DNA of 64,000 bases. It comes from Hormiphora californensis (Eukaryota; Animalia; Ctenophora). Below the pieces are notes generated by a model. The model was not told where the DNA came from, ran no database searches, and was given only the letters and a program-made list of their open reading frames with translations. The stretch is taken from the NCBI GenBank assembly GCA_020137815.1, contig CM035351.1, positions 7,998,001-8,062,000 of the forward strand. Direction: 5' to 3'. Shown here in pieces: positions 1 to 12,800 of the stretch; position 1 is the stretch's first letter, and each line of letters begins with the position of its first letter. The position numbers were made by a program, and so were the translations under genes.

Positions 1-117
1 TCTATGTCTCTCTCTCCCCCTCTCCGTCTCCGTCTCTTTCCCTGTCCCCTCTCCAATGGATAGTCTCCATCTATCCCCTTCTCTCTTTATCCCTCTCACC
101 CCATCATTCCCTCCCTC

Positions 118-119
<2 letters not shown>

Positions 120-212
<93 letters not shown>

Positions 213-219
213 CTCTCTC

Positions 220-285
<66 letters not shown>

Positions 286-300
286 CCTCTTTCTCTCTAT
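120..300. repeat. (CT)n microsatellite
   Basis: Near-perfect CT dinucleotide run; it produces the spurious SLSLSL ORF. Confidence 0.97.
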
Positions 301-861
301 CGTCGTCTCTTCATATCGGGCTGGTGAATATAATGGAAGCTGGAATCAGGTGATAAAGATCCGTAGAACTGGAGCTGTGTAGAGTTATTAAAGCTGGGAT
401 ACGAATTAGTAGAAAAGCTGTGGCATTCATCGGGGCCTCAGCAGTAGATGGCCAAACACCACAGGAACACGCAATACAACACCCAACAACATGCACGTGC
501 AGTATTAACACTCTTGCCCACCATCATGGCAATTGGCAACTCCCCAAACCCCCCCCCCCCACCAAACACCCCTAACAACACGTCAATTTTCCACGTGCAA
601 CCCCTAAAACCCCCTCCCCCAAATTTTGTCTTGCAACCATCTCTGCTTTATAATATAGATAATTTTACTGCTGTAAATTTGAATCTTTGAATCTTGAATC
701 TGAATCCGCGTTCCTTTACAATTAATGTAAAGGGAGGGTTAGAACATAACAACTGATTCTAAGTACCGGTTCATGGCGAGCTACATAGTTGTAGGTAATC
801 TACCGATAGCCTCCCGGGAAAATTAGAAAAATATAGAGACTATTGCAATAATCACACGTAC

Positions 862-3800
862 GCTTATGTTGGCGAGTTCCTTGGGAGGGAAGTTACTCTT
901 CCTCTTTTTCTTGGGAAGTAGGGCCTTGTAGTTCTCTTTCTTCTTTGACATGTAATAATAGTGGATACATTGGTCTACCTGCAGTGAGAAAAGGATGGAT
1001 TCAAGAGTTAAATCCTGGGAGAAATAAAAAGAGTTACAGTGGAATTTGTTCATAAAAGATCAAAATTGAACACGTGACCGTACCGTTTTGTTCTGGATGT
1101 GAGCGGCAATCTTGTGGAATACTTTGCCGTGTTGCCCGAATCTATCCCTGAAAGTCCTCTTCTCTGCATCAGTCCATATGTTGTGGGGGACCGTCAGGTG
1201 ACCCTTGTGTTCCCCAGCTGGATCAAAGTTCCTTCCTGAGTGAATAAGGGATCATGATATAAAGCTATCACTTTTTCTCTCTTTAACATGCGCACTGGTT
1301 TGTCTCATAACATACGTCATACCCCCGGCAGACTGAACTCTCCGAACCGGGCCGAAGAGCTTCAAGTACTGGTATTGTCTCTTACCATTCTCGTTGTAGA
1401 ATCTCCGTGCCCTATCCACAGGGTTTATCAGCATATCAGGGACACTGGCAGCACACTCGAACTGCTTATCCTCACTGTCCTGATGCTCAGTTAGCTGCTC
1501 CACAATCTCTGCCAGCTCTGCTTCAGACCTCACCGCGTTACCCCAGGTCCTAGCCCTGCAGGTGTGGTGATCAAAAGGTTTACACACCACCGCGGGGCAG
1601 GGTGTTGAGCTGATAGTTTAGTTTAATAATTTGGTTGCCATGGTTACAAAAAAAGGATACTTTACTATTTACAACACCCCTCCCTGTGTGTTACCATGAT
1701 TACCATGGTTACATAACTCTCATATCTTACCTTTCTACGGGGTTAATACTGCAGGATATCGGCACTAAGGTATCCTTACTTTTACCAGTTCTTCAGGTGA
1801 CATAGGAGGATAGTTTCAGTATTGTTCTAACCCTCCTTTACCGATATTTGTAAAAGAGGGGCGCGGTCATGCGGTGAGAGAGGGTCGAGTAAGGCAACAT
1901 ATTACCTAACCTCTAAACACCCCCGGCCCTCTCGATATAACAGCAATTACATAGCACCCACCCATTCCCCCAAACTATCCAACTCTATTACCTGTTGAAT
2001 CTCTCCTCCTGTTCTAATTTCCGTTTGATGGTCGGGAAGACAGTTTCAAAATACTTTCTACAGGCAGCCAGATCCTTCTGTCTCTTAGGATTCTCCTCCA
2101 GGATCCGCAGCTTCTCCTGCCACTGTAGGAACTTGTTGTGGTACTCCTCTGCCAGCTCTCGCTCCTGTAATAGAACTGTTACTAGGGAGTTGTGAACTGT
2201 TGCTAGGGAGATGAGGATCGAATAGTGAATTGCTGTATAACTAATGTGAAGTTGAGTTGAGGGTGAACATGAAGATGAAGTTTTTCGTTTGTTCAGATGA
2301 CTCTTACAAAACAGGTCAATTAAAAAGAGGGAAAATAAAATCTCTAAACAAAATTGACAATATCTATCGTTTACACAACACTTCTTGTTCTTCTGAGTAT
2401 GCTACAATAGTCTTTTGAATTGTCTCTATTCCCTCTGTGGTTGTCATGTGTTGCACACCATGGTTACCATGGTTACCGAGCAGAATCTTTGGAACACTGC
2501 CAGATATCTGATAATTCCCACCACCACTGATCTTCATTACATTGCCGACATCAAGTTTCACAGCTCCCCCTCCTCCCCCTTTCTTCTTCTTCTTTCTCTT
2601 CTGCTTCACCCCTATCACCACCCTATTAGGTGATGTACTGATGGGTCTCACCACACACGTCTTCTTTCCCACCTCAGGGGTGCCCCTGAAGTTGCTAATC
2701 TCAAACTCCTGACCATTCTCTGGTATATTGTGGAGAGCATGATCAGGTCGGCTGATGGTTAACTTCTCACTAGGCTTGATGTCAAGAGTTATCGCTCTAC
2801 GCTGTTGCCTGGCAACCGACCTCTTGGAGGATCCTTTTGTTTTCTGTGACCCAACAGTTGTTGTTTTATGAGGACCTCTACCTGGGCTCTTCCTGAGCAC
2901 TAGACCCTTATCTAACTTGATATCCACATCCACCAGGGAGGGGGTGTGTTCAGGTGGGACACTCTTTAGCAGAGCACTGAAATGAGGAAACCGCACCTTG
3001 GGGCCGCACCTTGGTTGCTGGATAGGACTCTGAATAACACTGGACACCATGATAGGTGGTGTGGGGTCTACAGAATGTTGGTGATCAGATCTGATGGAAA
3101 CTGGTTCAGGAGAGGTCCTATTTAGGGTGGTAGCTGTTTGTCGGACCAACTTGATGCACTCTTTAGTGATCCTAAACACCTTCCCCCGGTACCTGATTTT
3201 ACAATACCCCATCTTCCGTTTGTGGGGTTTAATGTTCCGACCAGGAAGGTTAACTATCTTCTGACCAATGGTAACACAGTATATGTTATCTTTGTACTCA
3301 GGGGCAGAGAAACTACCCGTCGTAGTGAGAGAGAGGTCCCGGGCCCTGATTCCCGACTCTACATAGGGAGATAGTTCTGATATCTTGACGGTTTGTTTCT
3401 TGTTCTTGTGGTGTAATATCACTGCGTCTTCCTGAGATCTAGAGGCAGAGAATGAACCAATTGGGATCTTTACTTGTCGTCCCTGCAACTTAGTAACATA
3501 CTTCTCAGGCACACCGTTGTTACCCAGTGGCAGAGTAATCTCCTTGAACATAGGGTAAACATCATCAGGAGAGACGAGAGTTGTTCTTCCGTTCCGTTTG
3601 AAGGAGTAGCTGGTGACTTGTTGAGCGGAGGGAGTAAGACTCTCCGCAGGTATAACCTTCCATACCCCCTCTACACTCACAGCCACCATGCTCTTCAAGC
3701 TGGAGAACTCACTAACCCTCTCTGGTACCTCCGTGATGGCACTGGACCTGACACTCACCCACTCTCCGTTAATCTCCACTCTAAACCCGGTAGGGACGGG

Positions 3801-6800
3801 GTGGATTAGGGATCCAGGGACCCGGTATACCTTCTTCTGGAACTGTACAGAGTACTCCTTGTTATCAGCTAAATACACGGCGTCATCAGCGGGGGAGCTG
3901 GCACCAGGGACCTTTATCACCATCTCTGTTCTCTTTAAACTCTTATCGATCATCATCATGAACACCTCCCCTGGCCCCTTCTCCACTAGATCAGATTTCC
4001 GGGCAGTATACCAGGTTCCCTCCACTAACACCCTGTAGAAGTCAGGTACAACAGGGGTTGGAGCTGTGCTGGCGGGGCTACCCAACACCCCCGGACTGTG
4101 CAGGGATGAGTTGAGGGATGTAATGTCATCTATCTGTTGGAGGGTGTTTGTGGATGAAGCTGTCCGGGCCCTGAGTCTAGTGTGTCGGGCCAGACTGAAG
4201 GAGTTGCACAGACCAGTATCAGTCTCCTCTAGAGGATCTCTAATGTTATCCATGGCGTTCAGTAGATCACATATCCCGGGTAGGTTGTCATAACTGCCCG
4301 CTCTACACGGTGTCTCACTCCTCTGGGACCGGTCTATCTGCTCCATTCGGGTCAGGGCGTCTAACAGCTAACATATCCAGACCAGGGAGGGTGGAGAGAC
4401 GGGCTATCTTCTCATAGTCCACCCTCTCTTCCGAGGGTGTGGACTGATCATCCCTCTCCATAACCATGGTAACAGGCCATCCTGCTCTCATTCTCTATCT
4501 CCATCTGGACTCTAGGTGTTCAGGTCATGCCTATACTGCCCAACTGAACCAACTGGTTGTCTACCACTATCTCCTGTGGTGTTGTGGGACGTGGTGGGGG
4601 TGGGTCCTTGGGGTGTCATCCAGGTAGGCCTTCTGATGGATGTTCTCAATAGATAGAGCCCTGCTCATGAAGACATTCAAACCGGGGAGAAGGGGCAGGG
4701 GTTTATCTTCTAAACTCTCTGAATGTGCTCTTAGAGTCCACTATCGTTACTCTCCTTCCCCTTCTCGTATCTGATCCTAGCCCCTGTGTAGTCAGTGAAC
4801 ACCTGTCTAGGGTGGATTGCAGCAGGAATGATCATGGGGAGAAACGAGGCCGGGGAGATAAATTTGGGTTTCCTGGGACCTGTATCATATCTCAAGTTAA
4901 CCTCTACCGTCTGTTCAACATGTGTCTCTATCAATTCTTGTTTGGGAGAGAAGCGGACTGAGGGGGTACGGGACCGAGATCGCCTTGGTGGGGAGGGAGC
5001 CTTTTCTTTCGAGCTACCACGAACACCAACTGGGTTTCCATTCAAACTTGGAATAGAGCCAACTGGAGCTTTGGAAAGTCTTCTTGGGTCCCCTATGATA
5101 TGGCTGGAATTACTAGGTGGTAAAGTGGTGCGAACTTTTGGAGATCTTCCCCGGAGAATTGATTGTGGCTGATTACCATGGTTACCAGGAGAGTTACTCC
5201 GGACTCCAGGAGAATTATCCCGGACTCCAGGAGAGTTACCCCGAACTCCAGGAGAATTACCCCGGACTCCAGGAGAATTACCCCGGACTCCAGGAGAGTT
5301 ACCCCGGACTCCAGGAGAGTTACCCCGGACTCCAGGAGAATTACCCCGGACTCCAGGAGAGTTACCCCGAACTCCAGGAGAATTACCCCGGACTCCAGGA
5401 GAATTACCCCGGACTCCAGGAGAATTACCCCGGACTCCAGGAGAGTTACCCCGGACTCCAGGAGAGTTACCCCGGACTCCAGGAGAGTTACCCCGGACTC
5501 CAGGAGAATTACCCCGGACTCCAGGAGAGTTACCCCGAACTCCAGGAGAATTACCCCGGACTCCAGGAGAATCACCCCGGACTCCAGGAGAGTTACCATG
5601 GACTCCGGGAGAATTACCCCGGACTCCAGGAGAGTTGCCATGAATACCAGGATAATTACTCCGGACTCCAGGAGAATTATCCCGGACTTCAGCAGGAGAT
5701 TTCTCGCGAATGGGACTCTCACGACATGACAAAACCTCAAAACCAGGTTGAGGTAGTTCTGATGCTTCCAGAGCTTGAATCATTAGCTCAGTGGTAAAGG
5801 AAGGAATAGGGCGGGAGATGACAGGATCAAAAGCAGGTTTGGGCTGGAATAGGACCGGATCAATAGCGGGTTTGGGTTGGATTGGATCAGATCTAATTCT
5901 CTCTTGTTTAATCTCCAGGACCCTCGGGTTATTAGTCCCTGTATCAGTGGATGATTCATCTGAGTAGTCGTCTTGAGGAGACGAGAAGTGTTCATTATTT
6001 GAGAAGGGGACCTGTTGAAATACAGGGGCAGGGAAGACCTGCTGACTGCCTCGCTGCTGAATCAACACAGGGTTCTCAACAACACCTGTCTGACCTCCAA
6101 CATTGACAAGAAACCTCCCTGGGGTGTCTGTCTTGTGAAGGGAACTACCAGGTAGGGTGATTTGTCGACCTTGAAACATGACACTGTACTGTCCAGCAGC
6201 TACCAGGCCACTTGATCCTGCTCCGACATTACTACTGACCTTACTACCAGAGCGGCCCACTCCACCAGCGATACCTCCAAAAGCGCCTCCTCCACTTCCA
6301 ATGACGCCTCCTCCACCTCCAAAAGCGCCTCCTCCACCAGTGCCTACACCACCACCCCCTCCTACTCCACCACTACGCCCCATCTCTTCCTCAATATCAC
6401 TTACCTCCACCATCCTCCCTCCGACACTAATTCTAAAGGCGCTGTCTGCCCTCCTTATCTCGGTGCCCTGTACCGTGTACACTAGCCCCTCTGCTCTCAC
6501 CCTGTAAGTATTCTCATCCTCCACAGTCAGCCCAGAGGTGGTGCAACTACTGGTGCAATCCTCCTCATCAGTTGATATCAAGAGGGAGAAATCAGAGAGG
6601 GACTCAGGCTCCTGCTCAGTTGGGGGACCTGTTTCCAGGGCAACCTCTGTACAGGATGTGACGGGGAAATGTACACCAGACATGGCGCAGGTGATGGTGC
6701 CATCTCTCTGATATGTCAGGTATTCTTTGGGTACAATAACGGGTTGGTTGTTGATAATCACCCGGCAGAAGGACCCCAGGACAGAGGTTGTGGAGATGAC

Positions 6801-9800
6801 CGAGGCACACCGGGGTTCGTCCATAGCACACAAACTCTCGATCAAATATAATGTCTAACTACGGGAAAAACAAAGGGACGCTGCAGCTGCAGGTGGTTTA
6901 TGGGAAAAGTACAAGCCAACTATCTCTGTGTCTACCACTAGACAGGAAATGGGCGCGAATATTATCACACAGAGAATACACACCCTCATATCTGATATAT
7001 ATATTAACTGGAGGGATCTTTCATAGCGGGAAGATACGATCAGAGGGTAACTAATTGGGGTGCTGCAAAACAGTGGATTTCTGTAAGAAAAGTTCGACTT
7101 TTGTGGAAGACTGGGGTTGTTCATTGGCTGTTTATTGTCTGGCCTGCTGGTCAACTTGAGGAGTACTGTGGTTAGCTTGCAGTCTCCTCCGTCAAGAATA
7201 GATAAACCAGTGGGAGATGGATAGATACAGAGAGAGGCCAGAGGGGGGAGATACAGAGAGATAGAGGCCAGAGGGGGGAGAGATAAACCAGAGATACACG
7301 TGACTATACATCAGCCAACCAGAGAATATTCTAGTGCTGACACTTTGAAGAAGAGGCTGTTCATATCAGGTACAATGGCAACTTTGAAATACAGGGAGGG
7401 AAAGAAACGTGCAGTAGTTTGTGGGCTGGAACTTTTATAGTCGCTTCAGAAGTTTGAATAATAGCGAGTGAGTTGTAACATTTTATTACAGTGATGTTTT
7501 CAAAAAGAGAAACACAGTCATCTCAAAGTGGGAAATTTAAATCAGTTTTGGTGTATAAAATGTACAAGTAGACATCCCTCTGCTAAATAATAACATGATA
7601 AATTAACAATCCTCGATACATTTCTCATCGTTCATCAACTCTTATCACAATCAATTTGTCCGCCCGAGTCCTTTCTGGACCAAATAACCAGTGCCTCCGA
7701 TACTCAATTATCAACTGTATAGACTGCATCACACAGTTTTCAGTACAGTTCCCCTCAGTTCATACTTGATGCAATGCCTGATCTCTCTAGTCTATTGAAC
7801 AGTGACGACTTCTTGACCGTGCTACTAGCATTGTTACTACTCTTGAAGGTTGTCCTGGACGTTCCACCGGATCTCACTCCAGCGGAGGAAGACGATCTGA
7901 AACCAGCACCAAACCCTGATGCTGATGATGCTGCTGTAAAGGCTGATGAGGAGGGAGGGGGAGGGAAGGGGCCGGTGGTGTTGGCACGTGCACGGGGGCT
8001 GCCAGCAGGTCGCGGGCTACTGAACCCACCAACCCTGGGACTACTAAATCCAGTGGTACTTCGGGAAGTATTGGACCTAGAAGTTGTTGCGGCAGTTGTT
8101 CGAGTGGCTGTAGTATTGATTCTAGTGGCTGCTGCTACGCTGTTGAAACCACCACTGGCACTGCTGGGACCCGGTTGAGAACTAAATCCACTACTACTGG
8201 GGCCTGGTTGAGAGTTGAACCCACTATTGCTAGGTCCTGGTTGAGAGGTGTAGTCTCTGTAACTATTATCAGACACACTGACATCCATGTGAGGGCCCAC
8301 CCCTCCCGTCAGATCACTGATCATCTTGTAATATTTAGGGCTCCTGTTCTTCCTGATTATCACCCATACAGGACACGCAGCACCGAACCCTGTCTCCGCT
8401 AACTGCAGGTAATCATCCTCAAATATGATCTGGGAATGTTCAAAGTGAACTCTGATGCAGCTGGTAAACTTGCGGATATCCACATCATTGATGTTGCGAG
8501 TTGAGGAGTTCCGTATTATAAACACTGGCTCCTCCCCAGAGTTCCGTGCCATGGTCTTGATGGAATCCAGACAGTTTCGGGGTAGTTTCTCTACAAACCA
8601 TGTCCTGATCAACCTCCTCCCATTAGCCAGGGTACACTCCAGGTTCACAACCTCCTCATTCTTACCCAGGGGTCTGATATCCGTCTCTAGGACAAGGTGA
8701 ACTGAGTCCCGGTGTTTTACTACTGCATACCCAGCCTGGGTTTTAGAGGGACGCACCGCTTTAGGACCAGTCCGGACCCAGGATCCCTGGATTAGAACTA
8801 GATACCCCTGTTCTCCCTCGCCACTATCTGAATCACTATCACCCTCCCCTAATGTAGCATCAGGTCCGAATGTGACTGTTTTGGTGGGCTGCTGGACAGG
8901 GAGGATGGTGGTGCCAACTGGTACTAAATACCTACAATCCCCCACTTTAACTGTGTACTGTCCAGGATGCTGCTTCCGGACCTTGAAGTGTCGCCCATAC
9001 ACGGTCACAGTTTCAGAGTTAACGGTCAGGGTGTACTGTCTCTCTGTGTGGACCAGGGTGCCGTTAATAGCCACTGGGATGGCAGTGGAGGGTTGTGGTG
9101 CGGGTTGAGGTGGAGGTGAGGGTTCCCTGAGAGGAGGAGTAGGTGGTTTCTCCCACAGTGGTACCTTGGGAGGGGACGGCATCCTATCTGGTAGTTTGTA
9201 ACCCCCATTAGGTAGCACTACAAAGGGCGACTCACCTGGCCGGTCTGGTAGTATCACACTGGGCTCCCTGCTACCTAGCAACCCTGCAAACTCTGGTTTC
9301 AGCCTGCCCCACTGATCGTACAAGGCACTAAGAGGCACCATCTTGCTCCCCTCATCAGACCCCTGACTGCTGCTCACAGACAACTCACCGAGAGTGTGAG
9401 GTAAGGTGTTTGTATCAGGAGAGGCTGACTGTTGCCTCATGTGTTGTTCCGGTGAGATGGGGTGAGGGTGGACGGGGGAGGGGCAGGTAGGGTGGGAACT
9501 CTCCCCAGCAGGAGCACTAGTAGTGGGATACTTACTACCCTCTGGTAGGATCACAGGGACAACATTGACAGCCTTGACGTAGTACTTGCTACTGTTATAC
9601 ACCACTACAAACCTTCCTGGTCTCTGTTTACTGGGTCTCACATTGTTAGCTGGTATTACCCTCCACTTAGCATTGATATAGATTCTGTAGAATCCGGTAC
9701 TGGTTATAGGGGTGATCTCGTCATCACATTCAGGGGTAACTGGTCGGATGAAATAGGATTTGTAGGTCTCATTATCGAGAGTCACCTTAACATATTTCCG

Positions 9801-12800
9801 GGTTGATTTAGTCCTGATTAACCGACCTGATACTATCTTAGTAGTGTTGTTTTCCAGGAGGACCGAGTACAAGGCATCAGGTTCTATCTTGATATTCTTG
9901 AAGATCTTCCTGTCCTCCTCAGAGGAGAGAGAGGAGCTGCTGGAGGTATTCATCTCGGGGGAGGATGTCAGGATCTTAACACTCTTCTCAACCCTCCTCT
10001 CTGAGTGGGTGGTAGTGGTTGTACCGGTTCTGGATGGACTCCGCAAGATTCCAGTGGGTGATTTAGTATGTGGACCAGGTGATACAGGCTGGGTAGGTGG
10101 TAAGGGCTGGGTAGGTGGTGGTGGTGGGACCGGTATGGGGGAGGGTTGTTTCTGGTCCTTGGTGGGACAGTTGGGACACTGGAAGGGCAGGATACTACAG
10201 GGTGCCCCACACTGACACTTGGACCCATCCTTCTCCTCCTCCCCATTGTCTAATATCGCACTGTCCTCAGACTCTCCATTCAGTATCATCCTGCAGTCAA
10301 TGATCTCATGATAAGTCCCTTTGAACCACACCATTCCACTGCTCCTGTTAGGGTGACGCTGTATCTTGCTGCCCTTCACTATCAAACACCCCACATTAGG
10401 GCCCAGATCCACGTAGTATGTCAGATTAGGCTTTATAACAATGTTCCTGATACTAAGGTTCACTGGGGTATACCGCTCAGGTTGATACAGGTATATCTCA
10501 CTGACGATACCTGCCCTGTCCTTATCTAGACTGACAATCAGGGCTTTGTCATTTCCTGGAATCGGCCTGATCTGGTTTCCCCGAACTATCTCCCACTTCT
10601 CGTTAATCTTGACCTGGTACATCCGGTCCTCGTGAACATAAACACCGTAGTACTTGAAGGGGTATGTGGCTGTACTTGGAACTGCTTCCTGTTGTTGGGG
10701 TGACTGTTGCCTTGGTGATGGTTGCCTAGGTGATGTTTGTTTTGGTTGCCTAGGTGATGGCTGTTTCTGTTGAGGTTGTTGTTGTTGTGGTTTGTTCCAT
10801 GTTGAGTGGGTGTTATTGTATGTTGTCTGGGAGGTACTGGTCTGCTGGTTGTAATAGTTGACAGCCGTGTTGTTACCATAGTAACCAGGAGAGGACCTGC
10901 CCCCAGGAGGAGGGTGTCGGGATGGAGATGGGGACCCCCCTCCCTTAGCACCCCGTGATGGTGATCTTCTGGAGGGTGTTACTGATGGAGAGAAGGCCTT
11001 GTGGTATGGGTTGTAGCTGGTGGTCCGTGGTGATATGGGTCTGATGGGCTGATCAGGTGTCACTGCCACTATCTGCTCCACTCTAATGGGAGTGTTTGGG
11101 TTCTGGTAGTAGATCACTGCACTACCGTCAGGGGTTGGAGCTAGCTGGGAGCCCAACACTGTCAACCACTGAGCGTTAATGTAGATCTTATAGTACCCGT
11201 AGGTGTAGATGGGTAGACCACGGTACAGGAATGAGTAGGTGGGCTGGGTGGCTGTAGGGGCTACTGGGGCCGGGGTGGAGTCATAACTATAGATCTCAGT
11301 CACCAGGACGAAGTTGTTAGGTCCCTGGTTGAGATAGAGGCTGTTTGGGTCAGCACCAGGGCTCAATTGGGAACCAAATACGAACCACGTACCGGTTATT
11401 AACGAATATCTTAGTACCTTCTCTCTCTGTCAATGTAGAGACCCCGATAGTAGAAGGGGTAGGAGGTTGTAGAGACGTTATTCACCGGGAACACTTCATA
11501 GATCCGGTAGGGGGTTCCATAGTTTGAGTCATTGAGGATCATATATTGGGGGTCTCCTGACACATGCAGGGTAGATCCCAGGACAGTGACCCACTGGTTG
11601 TTCAAACAGGTTTTGTATTGGAGATGAGGGTAAATCAGCTGATTCTTGAACTGTAATGGGTAGTTACCCTTGTGCTGATCAAGTATCACATTCACCTTGA
11701 CTCGGTCACCTAGCAACGGACTGGAACACTTCTGACAGAATTCATCGTACCTCTGGTAGGTACCATCATGGGAGCATAATGTATGCAGATCCTATCTCAG
11801 AACGGTAGCTAGCCCTCACGGATCCGTCACTGTTGAACACACGAACCCCGGGTATGCAGGTGAACTCTCCGTCACCTAGCAACGGAGCAGAGGGAGGTCG
11901 GGAGGAGGAGAGGGAGCTGTTGTTTGACTGAACACGCACTCTCACAGATCCTTCCGGGGACAGGTGTTGGGACATCAAACAAGGTAACACTCAGAGTTTT
12001 AGAGAGAGAGGGGAGTCAGGGGAGACTTTGAGCTGTCGTCTGTTTATCTCTCTCTCTTTTATGGGTGTGTCAGAGAGAAAACGTTGAGTTCCACCGACTA
12101 TTAGCGATGGAATTAGGGACACAAAAAGAGCTATTGGTGCTCCAAGTATGACAAGGAAAACTGAGGCATCAAAGAAGAAAGCTTCTATCTTATTCTCTCT
12201 CTCTCTCTCTCGCTGGGGGATTTGATCCACTTGTTACAATATGCGGTGGAGACTTTTCCATTGGGATGTAGAGAGATGTAGAGAGATAAAAAGCAGAGAG
12301 AGAGAGAGAAACAGACAAACCAAGATACAAACCTACAAAGCACACACAGATCAAACGTGTCAAAGAATGAAAAAGCCAAAACCAAAGACATGTATAAGAT
12401 ACATGTATGTATTGGCATGGTGTATGAATTAACTGTGTATGTTGAAATGTGGGATGCTATACATGAAGTATGAAGACTGACCTTGCTTTCACTTTCTTGT
12501 TTCTTTTTCCACAGGTAATCAACTAGAGCCTTCTTAAATGATCCCTCTTTCCACCTGCACAGAGTAATGTACTATTAGGGGTAATGTACTATTAGGGGTA
12601 GTGTTAATCAGTGTGTCTAGTGACAGAGTGTTGTATTCGGTGTCAAAATCAAACAACAAACAACTCACCGTTTCACCGTTTCATTATACTGCGGTAGGTC
12701 AGATGGCTGCTTGTACAGGGGCTGAAAATAGGGCACAAAACAAATAGTTAACACAGCTTGTTGATAAACACCCCCGTCCCCACCAGACATCATTCTAAAA

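Noticed and set aside
299-465. Possible further NCoR exon (..PDECHSFSTNSYPSF..MKRRR*)
   Set aside because: I could not establish a phase-consistent acceptor without an in-frame stop, so it is left out of the gene model.
5093-5797. Alternative-frame repeat ORFs (LLESGVT, YPGLQES, TPDSRRV)
   Set aside because: A stop-free 21-bp unit is open in several frames; only the GVRGNSP frame is embedded in a long ORF and has mostly synonymous variation.
6855-7154. Stop-codon read-through joining the in-frame 99-aa ORF to the 704-aa ORF across one TAG
   Set aside because: The TAG is the end of a good polypyrimidine/acceptor sequence and the upstream ORF has no protein-like features, so splicing is the simpler explanation.
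2364-11975. Nested ORFs as an endogenous virus or retroelement
   Set aside because: I recognised no RT, integrase, capsid, polymerase or helicase motifs and saw no LTR, TIR or TSD at the intron ends.
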